A stretch of 64,000 nt of DNA from Takakia lepidozioides. Its lineage: Eukaryota > Plantae > Bryophyta. The stretch lies in the NCBI GenBank assembly GCA_030704615.1, contig CM060731.1:79236001-79300000 (forward strand). The letters are read 5' to 3'. A model generated the notes under the pieces. The model ran no database searches and was not told the DNA's origin. It was given only the letters and a program-made list of their open reading frames with translations. Below, one piece after another: positions 48,872-63,416 of the stretch (within the stretch, counting starts at the first letter, position 1; every line of letters begins with the position of its first letter). The position numbers and the translations under genes are program-made.

Positions 48872-51800
48872 ATGGCTTCCTCTGAAGCGGAGTTCTTCTC
48901 TGACGACAAACCAGTGCCGTTCTCCCAGGAAGTCCTTGACAATGGATTTGCAATTGTTCTGGAACATGTCTTGGCTACCCGTTTTCAGCTTCAGAATGGC
49001 TCCATCTTTTTGGAGAAAGAGGTGTACGATTTGAAAGGGAAGTTGTTGAAATACTCTTTCCAAAACCGTGATGAGACGGCTCATATCAGCCAGTGGAGAG
49101 TGCGCCCTGGTCGATACAGAGTACTTGGAGAGCCTTGGCGAAAGTCCCTTGGGTCATATGTGACGCCCGGGACTGCTGCTTTGGTCGTTGAAGACAAGAG
49201 GGAGGTGGTGGTGAAAAAAGAACAGACGTCCTCCACTCCAATCGTTGAGCTTTCGGATTCGTCCGATGATGACATAAGTGAAATTCCAAATCCAGTCCTT
49301 CCTATTGTGGTTGGAGAAGCTGATGAAGAAGAGATTTGTAGTGTCATTCCAAAATTACGGGCGATGGGAGGAATGGCTGGATTCAAAAGTGAGTTGTGAG
49401 GAATTGATTGGGAATCTTTGAAGCAGGTGCCTGTGAAGTTCTTGCCAGAGACTTTTGATGGCGATATCCTATTCGAGCTGCCTCCTCCTCCGCGAGTTGG
49501 AGGTGTAACAATCATGATGCATGGAATGGACAAGAAACACGACGGGCACCCGTGGTGCAGAACAAAAACATCCAATATTCAGAATGATGACAAGCTTGTT
49601 TTCAGGAGAACAGTTTGCAATGGACACCTTAGGTGTGATAATTTGAATTGCAGACACTTTCTTCAGTCTGGGGTTCATAATCAAAGCGAATGGGAGGGTC
49701 TGGCGGAAAATCCATTTCAGCCTGGGACTGCCCCTCCACCGGCAAACACTTTCGTCTGCAAATTCTGCAAACTTGTGCTATCCTGCTTGGCGCTCTGCGG
49801 AGCAAGAATGTACTATGTTGTCCACCGTTTGAAAACAATGACAAGAGCTTGTGTGCATTTTGGATTCCATAACCATCCTGTCTCGAAGGGGGATTACAAG
49901 GAGAGTGTTGAGACAGTATCGAGGTTGATTAAACAGGAGTTTGGGAGAAACCCATCCGCAACAACATCTGCAATTGCTCTTGGCGCAAGCAAGTCCTTCT
50001 TGGAAAGCCATATTTTGAGTGGAGGGGATTTTGTGGGGACTAAACTTGACGGTGCAGCATTGGACCTGGTCATGGATCATTTCTCCACTTTAAGTTCACC
50101 TAACATTCGGCATCAGATCAATGCATTACGAATGGGCTCTGGTATCAGAGGCTACATAGACAACATTTTGGAGTTGAAACGAGTGAGCAAGTACGATTAC
50201 ATCCAGGACAATGTATTCCCAGGTCAAGGTGCCATCAAAGTTTTTCTTTTCAAAATGTCGACTGTTGGGGAGAGCAGTGGGGTTAGCCTCGTGAAGCGGA
50301 TGCAGAAGACTGGGGACTTGCAAAACTGTTTTCTTATGTTTGATCATGTGAAACGAGTGAAGGATTGGACGACAATGGCTTGTCATGTCTACGATCCAGT
50401 GTACCAATGAATTATGACAATTGCAGTTTGTGACATGCAATCCGAGGATACGGAATCCCAGAAGCTCATGTGGAATTCCCTGATATGTGTCATGGGCTGC
50501 CATCTCCAAATTTCGCAGGTTTCATGGCGGATAGTGCTCAAGCAAATTTCAATGTTGTTCGTATTGTCTTCGGATCGGGCGACCCAAAAGTGCCAATGCG
50601 AGGAAGAGAGCGTACATGTCTATTCCATTGGACACAATCTCTGGAAAAACATACAAAGTCGGACATCAAACCAGAGATGCAGACTCAGCACCGTAAATTG
50701 TGCAAAGAGTACAAAGATGCTAGAATAATGAAGGAGGCGGACACTTTGTTCCAGACAATTCGTGCCTGGTGGTTCTCTTCTGGAGCTGCATCACTTGAGA
50801 GTATGAGAGCATTGGAAGATTGGCTGGCGTTTTGGCACTTCCGGTATAGACAGTGGGGAGCAGCCATGGCAGTGGTACGAGGCTTATATTTCTTGCTTTA
50901 TTCATACATTTACTTTCCATTTTATTGTCTCCTCGCTTTCTTTATGTTGTTTTCTGTTCACTGTTTTGAAGTATGGTTCTGCACTTTGCAGAACATGTCC
51001 ATTGAGGAAAGTGCGGACATGCCATCTTGCAATTTGGCAGAAACTGTGCACAATGCATGGTTGCAGCAGTCTGGGAAACGAGGTCAGGATTTGTATGTGG
51101 CAACAACAGATGATTTGATACGTGCCTTGCAACAACAAACCCGATACCGTGATTTCTTACGAGGTAGGGTTGGTGGCAAGGGTCCGGACAAATGGGAGTT
51201 GATGTTGCGTGTTGCAAACAGATCTGGGGATCCAATGAAGATAGCACGGGCGGTGAGCATGTATGCCCAGGGAACGCCACTTGTTTCTAGAGTTCCACAT
51301 CTTGAAGGGGAGGAGAGATTCGGCTCCTGTAAGAGGAAATTGAATACTCCACCTGGTTCGGATTCCGATTCCCACAGGGCAGACCGTGATAACTTCTCGA
51401 AGCCTCGTGTTCCCCTGCATGACAGCTCCATGTCCGGAACCTCCATTGTGGAGGAACCTCCAACACGACGGCAAGCTCCAGCATCAAACAGTGCCACTGA
51501 AATGGTGCAGGAGAGAAACAACCCCCTTGATGTGCTTGAGTCCGCATGCCCCGACCACGTTTGACACATAGAACGCACAAGTGTAGGGTCTCGTGTGAAA
51601 TGTACAGCGATCAGGGCAACTAATTTCGAGAAGTGCACTTCATCTATATCCAGAGGTGGTGCCCGAACTCCTGCTCCGACTTTCACGGGCTTGATGCGTC
51701 CATACGGTCAACCAGAAGCCAAGAACCACAAGTTCTGGTTCTGCGCAGATGATTGTGCTAGATGTGTGCATGGAACTGTGCGTCCTTCCGTAATGATGAA

Positions 51801-52378
51801 GCCATCTCCTCCAACCATTTTGGCCCGTGAAGGTGGGAACACATCTCAGTTTTCAGGAGATTGAAATGCTGGAGGAGGCAGGTTTTTCCCTTGCGAGATA
51901 ACCCCAACTCCATACATGTGCTACTACTTCTGCATCCTCCTGGGTCCCCCCGGCAAATCCTGACTTGTGGCCAACCAAACGAGATGGAAAGCTCGTTCGG
52001 CATTTCCCTCCAACCGCTGAACACTTTGGCAAAGTGGAGTCCGCAAGAATGCTCCAAGCTCGTGTTGGAAGCACCACAAAAGTACCCCATCCAGGATATG
52101 GTCGGGTATTCACAATCATCACTTCCACATCTGCTGTTCATGACAGGACCTACGACATCACAGTTTCCAATTTCCCCAATTGCACATGTCCTGATTTTGT
52201 GAATATGCTATCAACCAGTTTGGGCAAGAGAGGTAAATTCATACCCTGCAAACATTTGTATTTCATATTTTTGAAGAGGATGGTTTGCGATCCCAAACGT
52301 GACAACTTAATTCACCAGGCCACTATGAGTTTCAATGAGGTCGATACTCTATTGCAGCGGGATACAACACATGGGTAG
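48872..52378 (+). pseudogene. MULE transposase (WRKY/GCM1-like Zn domain, DDE core, C-terminal SWIM); stops, frameshifts and an intron at ~50876-50991
   Basis: DGHPW..C..C..GFHNHP, FDHVKR (D1), FMADSA (D2), CLFHW (CxxH), NLAE (E) and SWIM NCTCPDF..PCKHLY. Confidence 0.85.
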
Positions 52379-55300
52379 CATCAACTATGCAATGTGGTAT
52401 GTGGACGACCATGATTTGAAATGTGTAATTCACATCAATTCGTCGGCGGTGCAATGATATGGCCTCCAACTATACGGAGTGAGCTCTGAGTGGCAACTTT
52501 TAAAAGCACATTTGTCATTGCACCATTCGAAGTCTACATGTCTTGCTATCGCTATGCACTACAATCATCTTTTGAAGATGATCCTAACTGTCATTGTTAT
52601 TTGAGGAGGGAGAAAGGTCTTCCCGTGGCAGCCTTTATGGCGCACACTTTGTGAGGATATTTTCTCGTCCTCGTAATTGTAAAAGTGAAACAAGCATTTG
52701 TAATTGCACAATGTTGGATGCTACAATTGTAGGCCTCATGGTAGTCTTGATTCTATTTAGGCAAGATTCCCTGCATTAATTCCACGGTCATAGGACCATC
52801 CTCGGTTATAGGCGGCGCATATTAATGCTGACGTGGCAGATGACGGACAGTGCCACGTCATCATTTGCCACCACATCAGCATGCTGACATGACGCTCACG
52901 CCACGTCAGCGTGGGTGCAGGCTCACGCCACGTCAGCTGGCGTGAGCGTACGCTCGCGCGCTCATGCCATTGCGTCGTCGATTGAGGGTTGCCTCAGTGG
53001 AGTCCAAGTTTTGCTGATTAGCTTGAAGCATAAAAAAGGTATCATCGACAAACATTGAGTCAATGACCTAGGATCTTTGCTTGGTAATGTAGATGGTTAT
53101 CCTGAGTCCTTTGATCTGCGTGTCATTCTGAATCATGTATTCCAAGGAGTCTGCCACGACAAGGAAAAGGAATGGAGAAAGAGGACAGCCCTGGCGTACT
53201 GATCTCTGTAGGGGGAAGGAGGCTGAAAGTTGACCATTAAGAATGATTCTACTTGATGAAGAGGTTAGGAGAATCTGAACCCATTTACAGAAAGACTGTG
53301 GGAACCTAATCCTTGATAGGGCTGCCAGTAGAAAGCTCCACTCAACTCTATCAAAGGCCTTCTCAAAATCTAGGAGGAGCATGGCTATTGCTTGGTTAGT
53401 TCTGTGAGCAAAATGGGGGAGCTCTTGAGCTAACAGCAGGTTGTCTAAGATATACCTTCCTTTCACAAACCCTGTCTGGTTGGGGCGAATGATGGAAGGA
53501 AGGAGTGGTTGAAGGCGCAAAGCCAGAGCCTTTGCCACTATCTTGTAAGCCACATTCACTACAACATGAGATTGCGGCTTTTATGACTCCCATGGGTGCG
53601 CAGTCACGACAGATTTGTGGTAGAAATGCCATTTGCAATCGTAAATGCCTTTGAAGTCATAACACAGATCACGACGAAGCCGTTTATGCGACTGTATGAG
53701 TCCGAACTTTGCGCAACACAGGTCAAACTAGTTTGACTAGGAATATTGCCATGGCGGATATGACTACCAGTCAGGGTCATGCCCATATTAGAATGACGTG
53801 TGCATATTGCTAGACGGACATATAACTTCGTGACTGCCACTCTAATGCATTCTGCCAGATCATCACATGTCGTCATCACATGGTGAGTATGTGACATGGA
53901 ACAACTTATGAGGTGTCTACATATGATTGGTTAAGTGGTTTTGATATTGTGGTGCGGGGGATGCAAGTGAAGGGAACGGTTGCACACAAAGTAGATTAGT
54001 GGGCCGTTTGCACTTTGTGGAGAAGAATGGAACTGAAGCCAACATGCTAGAGAGGCGATCCGGAACCGCACTCTATTTGTGACGTTACGTTTAAATGGTG
54101 GCGTGCATTTCAGTGTTTGTTGATCGCGGACAACATCAAAAGCAAGCCTCATACTGCGGAATGACAGATGAACAAATGATGCATTCAGGGGATAGGCAAA
54201 TTCATGCATATCATTCAATTCACTCATGAGAGTGATGCAAAACATTGCTCAACAAAAGTCTCTGAGCAGTGACCAAGAACACCAACAAAATATGAAATCC
54301 AGTACACTCTAACATATCGCCCTGTGTATGCCGTCCCTGTAGCAGGCCGTCCCTGCGCTCGACGCCGTGTGGTAGAGGAATAGAAGCTTGGCAATACGGT
54401 CTGTTCAGATCCACCCAATCGCACGCCAGAACATGGCCTAGCTGAAAACAAAGATCCAGGCTACGAAGCTACGAATAGCATTGAAATGAGGTTGCAGGCA
54501 AAGTTCAGACACAAAATGGAAGTGCAAAGGAGATGCACGATTATCATAGGTTGAAACCAATAGGACATGGGACCTTGAGGAGATGGTACCAAGCAACATA
54601 ACCGTAGAGATGCGGGTACTTCTGCCCACAGGCAGCGAGTTTCTTGCTGCAAGCGGAAAGACAGAAAAAATGAGGGACGGCCTCCCTCCTATGGATCCCG
54701 CTCTCTCCCAGCTTCTACACAGGCCTCTTCGGCATGTCGGCTGATGCGTAGTGCTTTAGCTTGCAGTGCAACATCACAAAGCTTGTGCTTTCGTTGAATT
54801 TCAGCCATGCTCCGATGCCATGAAGCAGTGTGGAGAGTTTGACGTCGACGGCGCATGAGGACGCTCTTAGAATGCATAACAATGGTGTTGAAAGAAAACA
54901 ACGCTTGTGGGAAGAGAGCAGGAGAGAAGAAGAGACGAACTTGCGAGTATAAGAATTGGAGGGAAGGGCAGACATATACCCCTATCTCCCGCCATCCTAA
55001 GAACCAAGCAACGGAATGGGGCGAAGTTGCGAGGCTGGGGAGTGCATGGCGTATCAATGAACTGCGAATTCCTAGAACACAAATCGTAATTCCACGTCAG
55101 GTGTGGGGAGGCGGGGAAGTACTAGTCTCGTTGTCAATTACTCCTGCAAAGGTGAGCCTCATATCAGAAGGCCGGGTTCCTCTCAATCGTATATGTCATA
55201 CATTCCACACTGATCTCTTGAAAACAAAATTAAGCTTGCAGATTTTCGTGTATCCATGCTAGGTTCCACAGTGAACATTGACATATAACCATTTACACAT

Positions 55301-56253
55301 GGAGCCGGTGGTGGTGGGGGCTGCTCTACCAGTACAAACTGGTCGAAGGCAGTAGGTGTCATGCAATTGCAATTGCCATACATTCCATTGGGTTTGATTG
55401 ATAAAATAATATTAAGTTTGCCATGGGGGGGTGTTCTAAGAATGGGAGAGCCCATGAATTCAGCTTCTTGTATGATAAAACAACTGAGATAACAGCTCAT
55501 GTTGTTATCTCTAATGCACATATCCCCAAATGACCTGCCCCAAGCTAGAACAGCAGCAGGATGACATCAGTGAATAATGATGTGGTGCAAGGCATGGAAC
55601 ACCTGCAGGGCAGCAGCATTGTATTGCTGAATGTACTGCACCCTGCTTGAGCCATTCACAGATGGGGGACTCTACAAGTGAGTCACATGGTGTTATATCT
55701 GGGGCATGAGAGAAACTGCCCATAAAATGTATCTGCGCAAAGAACCCATTCAACCAGCCAGAGCATCATCTACGCGGATTGCCGGATTCTTTTGGGAAAA
55801 AATGCAAACATAATAAGTAGGGACCAAGCTTAAAAGCACACCACTGGTATTCAATGGTCCATAAACACGAGCCTGCCCAATATAAGACCCACAAAATCAG
55901 TGGGGCAATTATGTAATGTAAATTGGAAGGCACATGCACTTTGTCATTGTTTCATTTTGTCAACAATGTACCCAAAGGCAGAACTGATGTGTAAATCTGC
56001 ATGCCATTCAAAAGTCTATAGTGACATAAATGTCATGTCACGTTGCCAGACAAACACGCCATGTAAGTTGGACACCTCCAACACCCTGCAAAAATGACAC
56101 CCCCAAGGGCAACCCTTAGTGCCAGTCTTACGAAGCCCACATTATTCATGAATCAACCGGGATTACATATTGAATTTTGCCCAATACCACCCTTCATATA
56201 CTTGAGATAGAGAAAGGCAGTTGGGGGGGGGAAGTCATACCTCATTCCAGGTA

Positions 56254-59200
56254 CTAGTACACGTCCACATCAACCAACTCCTCATCACTAGACTCTGAAT
56301 CTCCATCGCAACTGTCCTCCGTGGGACATGGATGTGCTTCCTCAGATCGCATGTCTCTGTAAAGTGAAGCAACCTCTTCAGGTGTCACTTGGATGGTCTG
56401 GCCTACCCTGTCACCAGCAACATTGGTCTCTTCAATGTGATTGGGGGCTAAGAGGCCTGATACACTTGCAATATCATCGTTGCAAATGCTCACATCACAA
56501 ACAGCCCTGCGTGACCTGGGTTTTTTTCCAGCACCACGTTCCATCTCGGTTCATTCACACACTTAGAGAAAAAAAACTCGCTCGACCTGTGATGGGAGCA
56601 CAAAAGGCTGTTCAAGTGGAGGCAACAAGTGGGAGAAATTCACCAATGTGAAGCCAGAGTCATCCTGCTTCATTGACACAGGCTGAGAGCCCACACGTCG
56701 TGCACGTACCCATGAACACAATAGCACCGTGGTGTGTGTGGAGCCATAATCCAATTCTAAAATCTCCTTTATGACACCCACATACCGTATGCTTTCCACC
56801 ACCTGCTCACCTGAAATGCAAGTACAGTCATGCTGGAAAACAGTAGAGACCCCCGAGTCATATGTCACAAAGGGGCTGTTGAGTCCATCTGGAGTTACCC
56901 TGAAGTGGTTTCCATAAGCCGACATGCTCTTGTATGATGTTGCGATTAATGATGGGGGTTTGGACATGTCCAACAATTCCTTGCAGGCTGAATCAGTAGC
57001 ATGGTTGGCAACACTTGACACATGTTGGCGGACTGCTGTTACCAGCCATTCTGCAAAGTGAGGGAGAGCGCGGATCTTGTTTTGGTTAGCAGCATTTTCA
57101 GTCTCCAACCTGGATTTCTCCACCTCATAGGACCTGCCAACACACGCACAACCACATCAATTTATCTAGTGCAACCCCTGCAGCCGATGGAAGAACTACT
57201 GCACACACACCTATACAAAGCATACCCATGCATAGCAGTGCCAGAAGCTGTGACATGCACTCACGTTTGCCACTTACCCCAACATAATGCTCAAACTGGG
57301 AATGACGTAGTCGTGGACAAGCTACAACAATTCGAGGGTCAACCTCCGTGGTCGACCAACTCCTTCCAACACCCAGCCCGACACTGATTCCTCCTCTCCT
57401 GCATCCCACACTCTCCACCTAGTAGCATCAACAGAAGACAAGTACTTTGTACAAAATCCCAATGCCTCGTCAAACACGTAGCCCTCCGCCATACTGCCCT
57501 CAGGCTTCGCCAAATTTCGCACATACCCTTTAAAATCCTTCATTGCTCTCTCCACCGGGTACATCCACCGAGAAGCTACAGGTCCACACAAATCCAGCTC
57601 ATCCACCAAGTGGATAAGTAAATGTGTCATAACATAAAAAAAGGAGGGTGGGAACTCTTTCTCCAGAAGACAAAGAGTCACTGCCACCTCCTTCTTCAAT
57701 TCCTCATGCTCGGTGGGATCAATGAATTTTGCACAAAGCTTGCGAAAGACACGAGACACTCTTAGTATGGCATTGTGAACCCCAGGCGCCATCAACCCAC
57801 GTAGAGCAAGTGGGAGGATCTGTTGCATGAGCACATGATAATCATGTGACTTCAATTGGCTCAACTTTTGTTTGACCACATGCTTTTTGAAAGCAGAGGC
57901 ATAGCCAGTATGGCATAGCCAGATTCGTGATAATCTCCAGGAACACCCGCTGCTCTGGTTTTGTGAGCACATATGGCGCATCAGGCATTACCAATGTATC
58001 CACTCTAGTGGGATGGCGTCGTAACCAAAGAGGCTTTCGAATGCCCTGCAATTCCAGATCGCGGCGAATTTTCTCGTGTCCTTTTTGCCGAAAAGAGTCT
58101 TGATTATGTTCTCCGTCACGTTCTTCTCGCAATGCATGGTATCAAAAGTGTGGCGGATGAGAAGATGCTGCACCATGTGGTCTAACAAATTAGGTACATT
58201 GCAATGCAGTCATGAATGATGTTAACAACACAGGTTCAGTAAACAAACAATCATGCACAATGAAAACCAATGCACTGTTATGTTCCCAAAACACAGGTGT
58301 GGTAATCGCACCTCCCAGTAAGGCAAGTCAAACAGAATGGACAGTCGTTTTACGCCATGGAGCTTGGAGGGATCATTCTGTGCGCCTGCAGTCCCACCAT
58401 CATCAATCCATTGTTTGTAATGTCGTGCACGCTCCTTGATTTCGGTGGCTGTCATTGTATGTGGAGCAGGTCTTATGTCTCGCGCCCCATTAAAAAGTCT
58501 AGATCTTCTATAGGCATGATTGTGGGGAAGATAGCGTCGATGCCCCTGGAATATCAATTTCTTGCAAGCTGGGGAATATCTGGAATCGACTTGAGGTCCA
58601 CATGCTGGACAAGCAATGTACCCTTGGTGAACCTGACCTGATAACAAGCCATAGGCGGGGAAGTCATGTATGGACCACATGAGGACTGCACGCTCGGTAA
58701 ATGCCCGCTCTCCTTCAATGGCTGCCACATCCACGGCTGCAACTCCCACCCACAATGTCGCTAGCTCCTCCACAAGTGGTTGCAGGTAAACATCCACATT
58801 TTCACTTGTCACAGATTCCTTTCCAGGAATGAGGAGTGTTAAAATGACAAAAAAATTCTTCGTTACCAACCATGGAGGCAGATTATAATTGAGCACCATG
58901 ATGGGCCAAGTCGACCAAGAAGCAGATTTTGTGCCATAAGGATTGACCCCATCCAGTGCCAATCCAAGACGCAGATTTCTTGGATCTGAAGCAAAATCCG
59001 GCCATGTGTTGTCAATATGGCACCAAGCCTTACTGTCTGCAGCATGCCGGACCATGTCATCTGCACTTCTATGATTGTTGTGCCACTTCATGAGCTCTAC
59101 GAGCATCTTAGCTCGGAACATCCGTTTCAATCTAGGTATGAGAGGAAAGTGTCACAACACCTTCTTGGGCACCTTCCCACGACCGTCCATGTATCGGGGA

Positions 59201-59571
59201 CTGTGGCACTTGGGGCAATTTGCAGCCTTCTCGAGGTCTCCACGAAACAATACACATCCACGCTCATAGGCATGGATCTGTTTGTATCCTAGACCCATCA
59301 TGGCGATCATATTTTTGGCCTCGTACTGCGATTTGGGCAAGGTGTTCTGTTTGGGCAAAATCTCCAACCTCAACAATGAAAATAACTCATCCACAAATGT
59401 GTTGGTACATCTGTGAGTGGCGCAGGAATTGAGCAACATCAATGTGGTGGTCAATCGGCTGTGAACGCTCCCATTGTATAAGGGGATTTGGGACTCTCGC
59501 ATGAGTTTTTCATGCTGAAGATCATTTGGCGCGCCTGCTTCTTCTTCGCCCATATTTTCCCCATCAGGCAT
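56254..59571 (-). pseudogene. CACTA TnpD-like transposase (Transposase_21, DUF4218 and DUF4216-like regions), frameshifted
   Basis: DPRNLRLGLALDGVNP, NYNLPPW, HDFPAYG, DTMHCEKN, LKSHDYHVLMQQILP, RWMYPVER and YVGVIKEILELDY. Confidence 0.92.
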
Positions 59572-61630
59572 TTAAGAGGGATTTGCGCTATTCTCAACAG
59601 CCTCGTCATTGTCCAAGTGAAGGGCATTTAGGGCAGGTGTGGGATTCTCCCGGAGGGTATCTGATATTTCAAATGCATAGCACGGGCAATCTGGCCCCGT
59701 AGCCCATTGCCGTCTTGTCCCTCCAAATTGACGTCGTTCGCAACACTCTCTACACTACATTCAGCCTCCACTTCAGAGTCGGATGTAATGTAGCCCTGTG
59801 AACGCAAATGAAATCAGAAATTGGGATATGATGAACAAGCTTTTTTCAAAACTCCCAGACAGCGAAATTTCATTTAAACACTGTCATGTAAGTAAACACT
59901 TTGTAGAATTGCACTAGTTCAATATAGGTGAATGCCGCAAGTCTCCCCCGCACTTGCGAATCAGGAGACGAAATTGGTCGGCCACGGACTTCGTTTCGAA
60001 GCAGCTTGCGGAGCTCAGACACAAAGACAAATGAAAATTACTCTTGTATAATACGGCAAGGTAGGAACACAGTTTTCATCGAAAAACAAAACAAACATAC
60101 CCTCTGTGATAGAGGGAGACATCCCCACATACAGACAGCTATCTGCACATACCGACAAAGTGAAAGCTCTCATCAAATATGCCCAAGTGGGCAGTGCGTT
60201 GAAGGCATGACACATGGCAGCAAACTGCCCAAAGCCCAAAATGCGTGGAGCCTTCACACATGGCAGTCAACAGCGACCATGTAGTCATGACCGTGACTAC
60301 ATGACTCCAGAACAACCAATGGAAGAACGCCACGTAGTTGAAATGTCCATGATCCGCGGTCATGAAGTCATGGACATGATTACTCTGACGCACTACCAAC
60401 TACATGACTCCATCACTACGACTCCATGACTCCAATACATCCAACGGAAGAACGACATGTAGTTCGGACTCCAATCACTCCCATGACTGTCCAAGATTCA
60501 AAAAACAGCGAAAAAAATGCGGACATGCGCGGGCGTCGTTTCCTTGACGCAGGACCATCCGGAATTCTGGGGGGTTGGGGATGTGCAGAAATATCTGCCG
60601 GTCTTGTCGGTGTGTTGACCTCAGTCGGCGAATGAGTGAGTTCAATAACCTTCTCGCTGACGGTTGGCAATGGAATTCGGTTTCTTTCTTTCTGCACATC
60701 CTGAACCGAATTCAAACAGAAAAAAAGGGATTACCTTGGAATACAACCCCACAGAAGTTGCCGCTTCACAGGAAGGTCATACGTTGCAGCTTTTCTGGCC
60801 TGGAGTAAAGAGAGAAAATCAGAGGATGAACAGAAACACGATAACAATAAAACGCATGGATGAAATAGAATTAAGTCACCTGACTTCTCAACAGCTGAGG
60901 TGTCCAGCCTTCGTGATCCGGTGACCCGCTTGGAATTACGACATGATGAGGAGGCAGTTGAGCGATAGTTGCAACCAATTGTTCGGTAGACTCATGTAGA
61001 TGCCCTGTGACGGCGTGTGGTGGAAAGTGTTTGGAGAAGGACGGCTCCAAAGAGGATTCCCCAAGATATTGAGAGTCACTTTCCACTATGCAGCCAACCC
61101 CAATTAAATCATCGACCCTACTAACGGTGGATTCACCTTTTGACATTTTGAGCCTCGAAACAACATCCAAAACATTGATGGGATCACTCTCCATAACAGC
61201 AATGGATGCCTGAGTAAACAACAAGTTGTCAGGTCCTTGGAAAGCTTCTGGCCTGATCATTTCTACATCGTCAACAATATCAGACGATATTGTTTCGCCA
61301 ATTGGAGATGCATTTGTGGCATGGAGTACATATTGATATGGGCATACCTGCAAATGAAATATATGTCAACAAAGTTGAGTTGGAAGAATGCGTGACCACG
61401 CGTGGTTCCGAAAAGAAATTGACAGACATAAAGGAACAACGAATCCATTGACCGTTACATATGGTTTGGCAATATAACAATTTCCATGCAAAGCAAAAGA
61501 ATATCAGAATAAGACTGAAATTCCATGGTCTTCACAGTCAATTTTAAATAGTAAACTGTGTCCACAGTAGGACGCAAAAATTTCCTTATCATTTACTCGA
61601 AAATCACGATATTATGAATTGTCAATATAG

Positions 61631-63168
61631 TCAAGAAGAGGCTTTGAACTGTGGATCGTTAACTTTGAAAGGTGGAAATCCTATTCTCCTTGCTTTCAAG
61701 AAGCTAAGCAATAAATCTCTAAGTTTGAGAAGGAAGTAATCGTCGACGTCGATGTTCTCAAAAGACTTGAGAAGAAGACAAGATTCAGGAGGGCTCAGCA
61801 AACACTTCAAAGCCGTATCATCAATCAGCAGAGTGTTACTCTGATTGTAAAAACCTTCAGAACTGTGCCATACTTTAAGGAGTGGTTTCAAGAACACATG
61901 AGGTTGATCTTGTCCCGTTCGGTAATTTGGGTGCAGATTGCTTGGGCAAATGATACAATCTTCCTGCGACATGATGAACGTTGGTCGTGGAAGACCACGT
62001 AGGAGCAAATCTAGAACGACATTTAAGTTTTTAGGCACCATGCAGCTCCAGATACCTAAATGAAATGCTTGTGTAACTCTTGCCAAACTTCCCGGTACAT
62101 CTTCCGTCTAAAGATTTGCCGATACCCAACAATAGCAGGAATGCTGTAATCAGATTCCGAAAAACGTGGAGCAGGTCCTGGGCTCTGGCACTTCGTTATT
62201 TTGCATAGCACTCCATTAACGTCAAAAATTATCAAGCGAGGTCTTCTCACAGGTGGAGATCCAGGCTGCCGGATCTGTGAAGGAGTGATAAAGACACTTA
62301 AGTAAATCAAGAAAAGAAGAATCCCATGAACAGATAAGGAACTCAATGACCTCAGAATCCCAATACATTCTCAAAACTAGTCACTTTAATATCCCATGTT
62401 CCACTTCCAGGGCCTCTAGGTACTGTAGATGTGCATCCCATTCCTCCTTGTTCTTAGGCCATGGAAAGTCCCAGCGATTAATGAATTTCACTCTAGCATC
62501 CTGAAAGTAGATATCCTTAGGTATTCCAAAACGGTTCTGCTCATTGAAGGCCCAAGTGTCCATTTTTTAATGCCTCAACTTCTCCAGGTAGGGCTTCAGA
62601 TGACCCATCAGAAAATCATCCTTGTATGGATCTACAAGTGCTTCGTATTTAGGTAGGAAGATGACCAGGCTCAGTGGATTGAGGAAAGACTTGTACATGT
62701 TCCCAACGACGTCGATAAGTAGGGTGTTAGACCTGTAGGCTTTAGAGTCGGGGTCTACGAACAAGTCGTAAAGTCGTTTGAAGTAGATTGGGGCCTTAGG
62801 TAGCGTAGGCCAATATGTGTTGAAAATAAGTCTCTGTTCCACACATTGGTCGGAACTGTAATGCATGACCTTGTGGGCGTTCCTCCCGAACAAGGCTGAT
62901 TTGAAATCCATGACAGTCTCTTCTTTGCTAGTGTTCCATAAGATGACCCAACGTTATCGTTGAATTTCCTAGGCTTCCCCCTCAACTCATAGTACATCCT
63001 GGCGTGAGCAACTTTCTCCGGGAATGTTATGTCGAATTTTTGGGCTTTATTTGGGTCGTTCAGGAGCTTAGAAATCTTCAGCAAACGATTATTGCTATCT
63101 GACCAGAGGATAATTGATGGCCATTCGGCGTAGTAATCCCTCTGCTCCCGGTTAGTAATCTCCTCCAC
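61631..63168 (-). pseudogene. Two tandem FCP1/NIF-like HAD phosphatase domains carried in the CACTA
   Basis: RLIIFDVNGVLC, FHLGIWS, VFLKPLLKVW and NTLLIDDTALKCLLSP. An upstream diverged copy has IILWS, YFKRLYDLF and NTLLIDV..KSFLNP. Confidence 0.65.
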
Positions 63169-63220
63169 GAGTTCCTGATTTGGAAAATGTTTACATCAGC
63201 ATGGAATTGAACTAGAAAGG

Positions 63221-63416
63221 AGCACACGCGATCGCGCATGCTTGCTTATCATGCTATGCATCTCTTAGAAAGAAGTCGTCGATGAATCTGATATAATCAT
63301 CTAGTAGAAGCACACGCGATCGCGCGAGAATGATAATGAGAAAACGTAAAGAAATATCCAAAAGATGATTATCATAGAAGCAGAGAAGAATATAGAAGCA
63401 CGCGCGATCGCGCGAG
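63221..63416. repeat. 88-bp-period repeat with palindrome CGCGATCGCG, 3 copies
   Basis: AGCAC(A/G)CGCGATCGCGC at ~63221, 63309 and 63397. Confidence 0.75.

Larger units (their letters stand above)
41478..52980. mobile_element. Mutator-like element with degenerate TIRs, 11.5 kb
   Basis: Exact 9-bp TSD ATTGAGGGT (41469-41477 and 52981-52989) splitting the LINE RT. Degenerate TIRs with clustered GCGTGAGC/GCTCACGC motifs. A MULE-type transposase lies inside. Confidence 0.92.
34140..53556 (-). mobile_element. L1-clade LINE ORF2 and 3' UTR, split into 52990-53556, 39388-41477 and ~34140-34674 by younger insertions
   Basis: RT motifs QTGFVKGR, LLDFEKAFDRV, VRQGCPLSPFLF, FVDD and SGFKINWDKT, plus the C-terminal CKCC..EHCLLQC zinc finger. 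Frames join across the TSDs. A-rich 3' end near 34140. Confidence 0.9.

Noticed and set aside
51084-51686. Long antisense ORFs over TE genes (for example 51084-51686, 49081-49575, 30048-30530, 17659-18108)
   Set aside because: They are shadows of recognisable genes on the opposite strand and have no motifs of their own.
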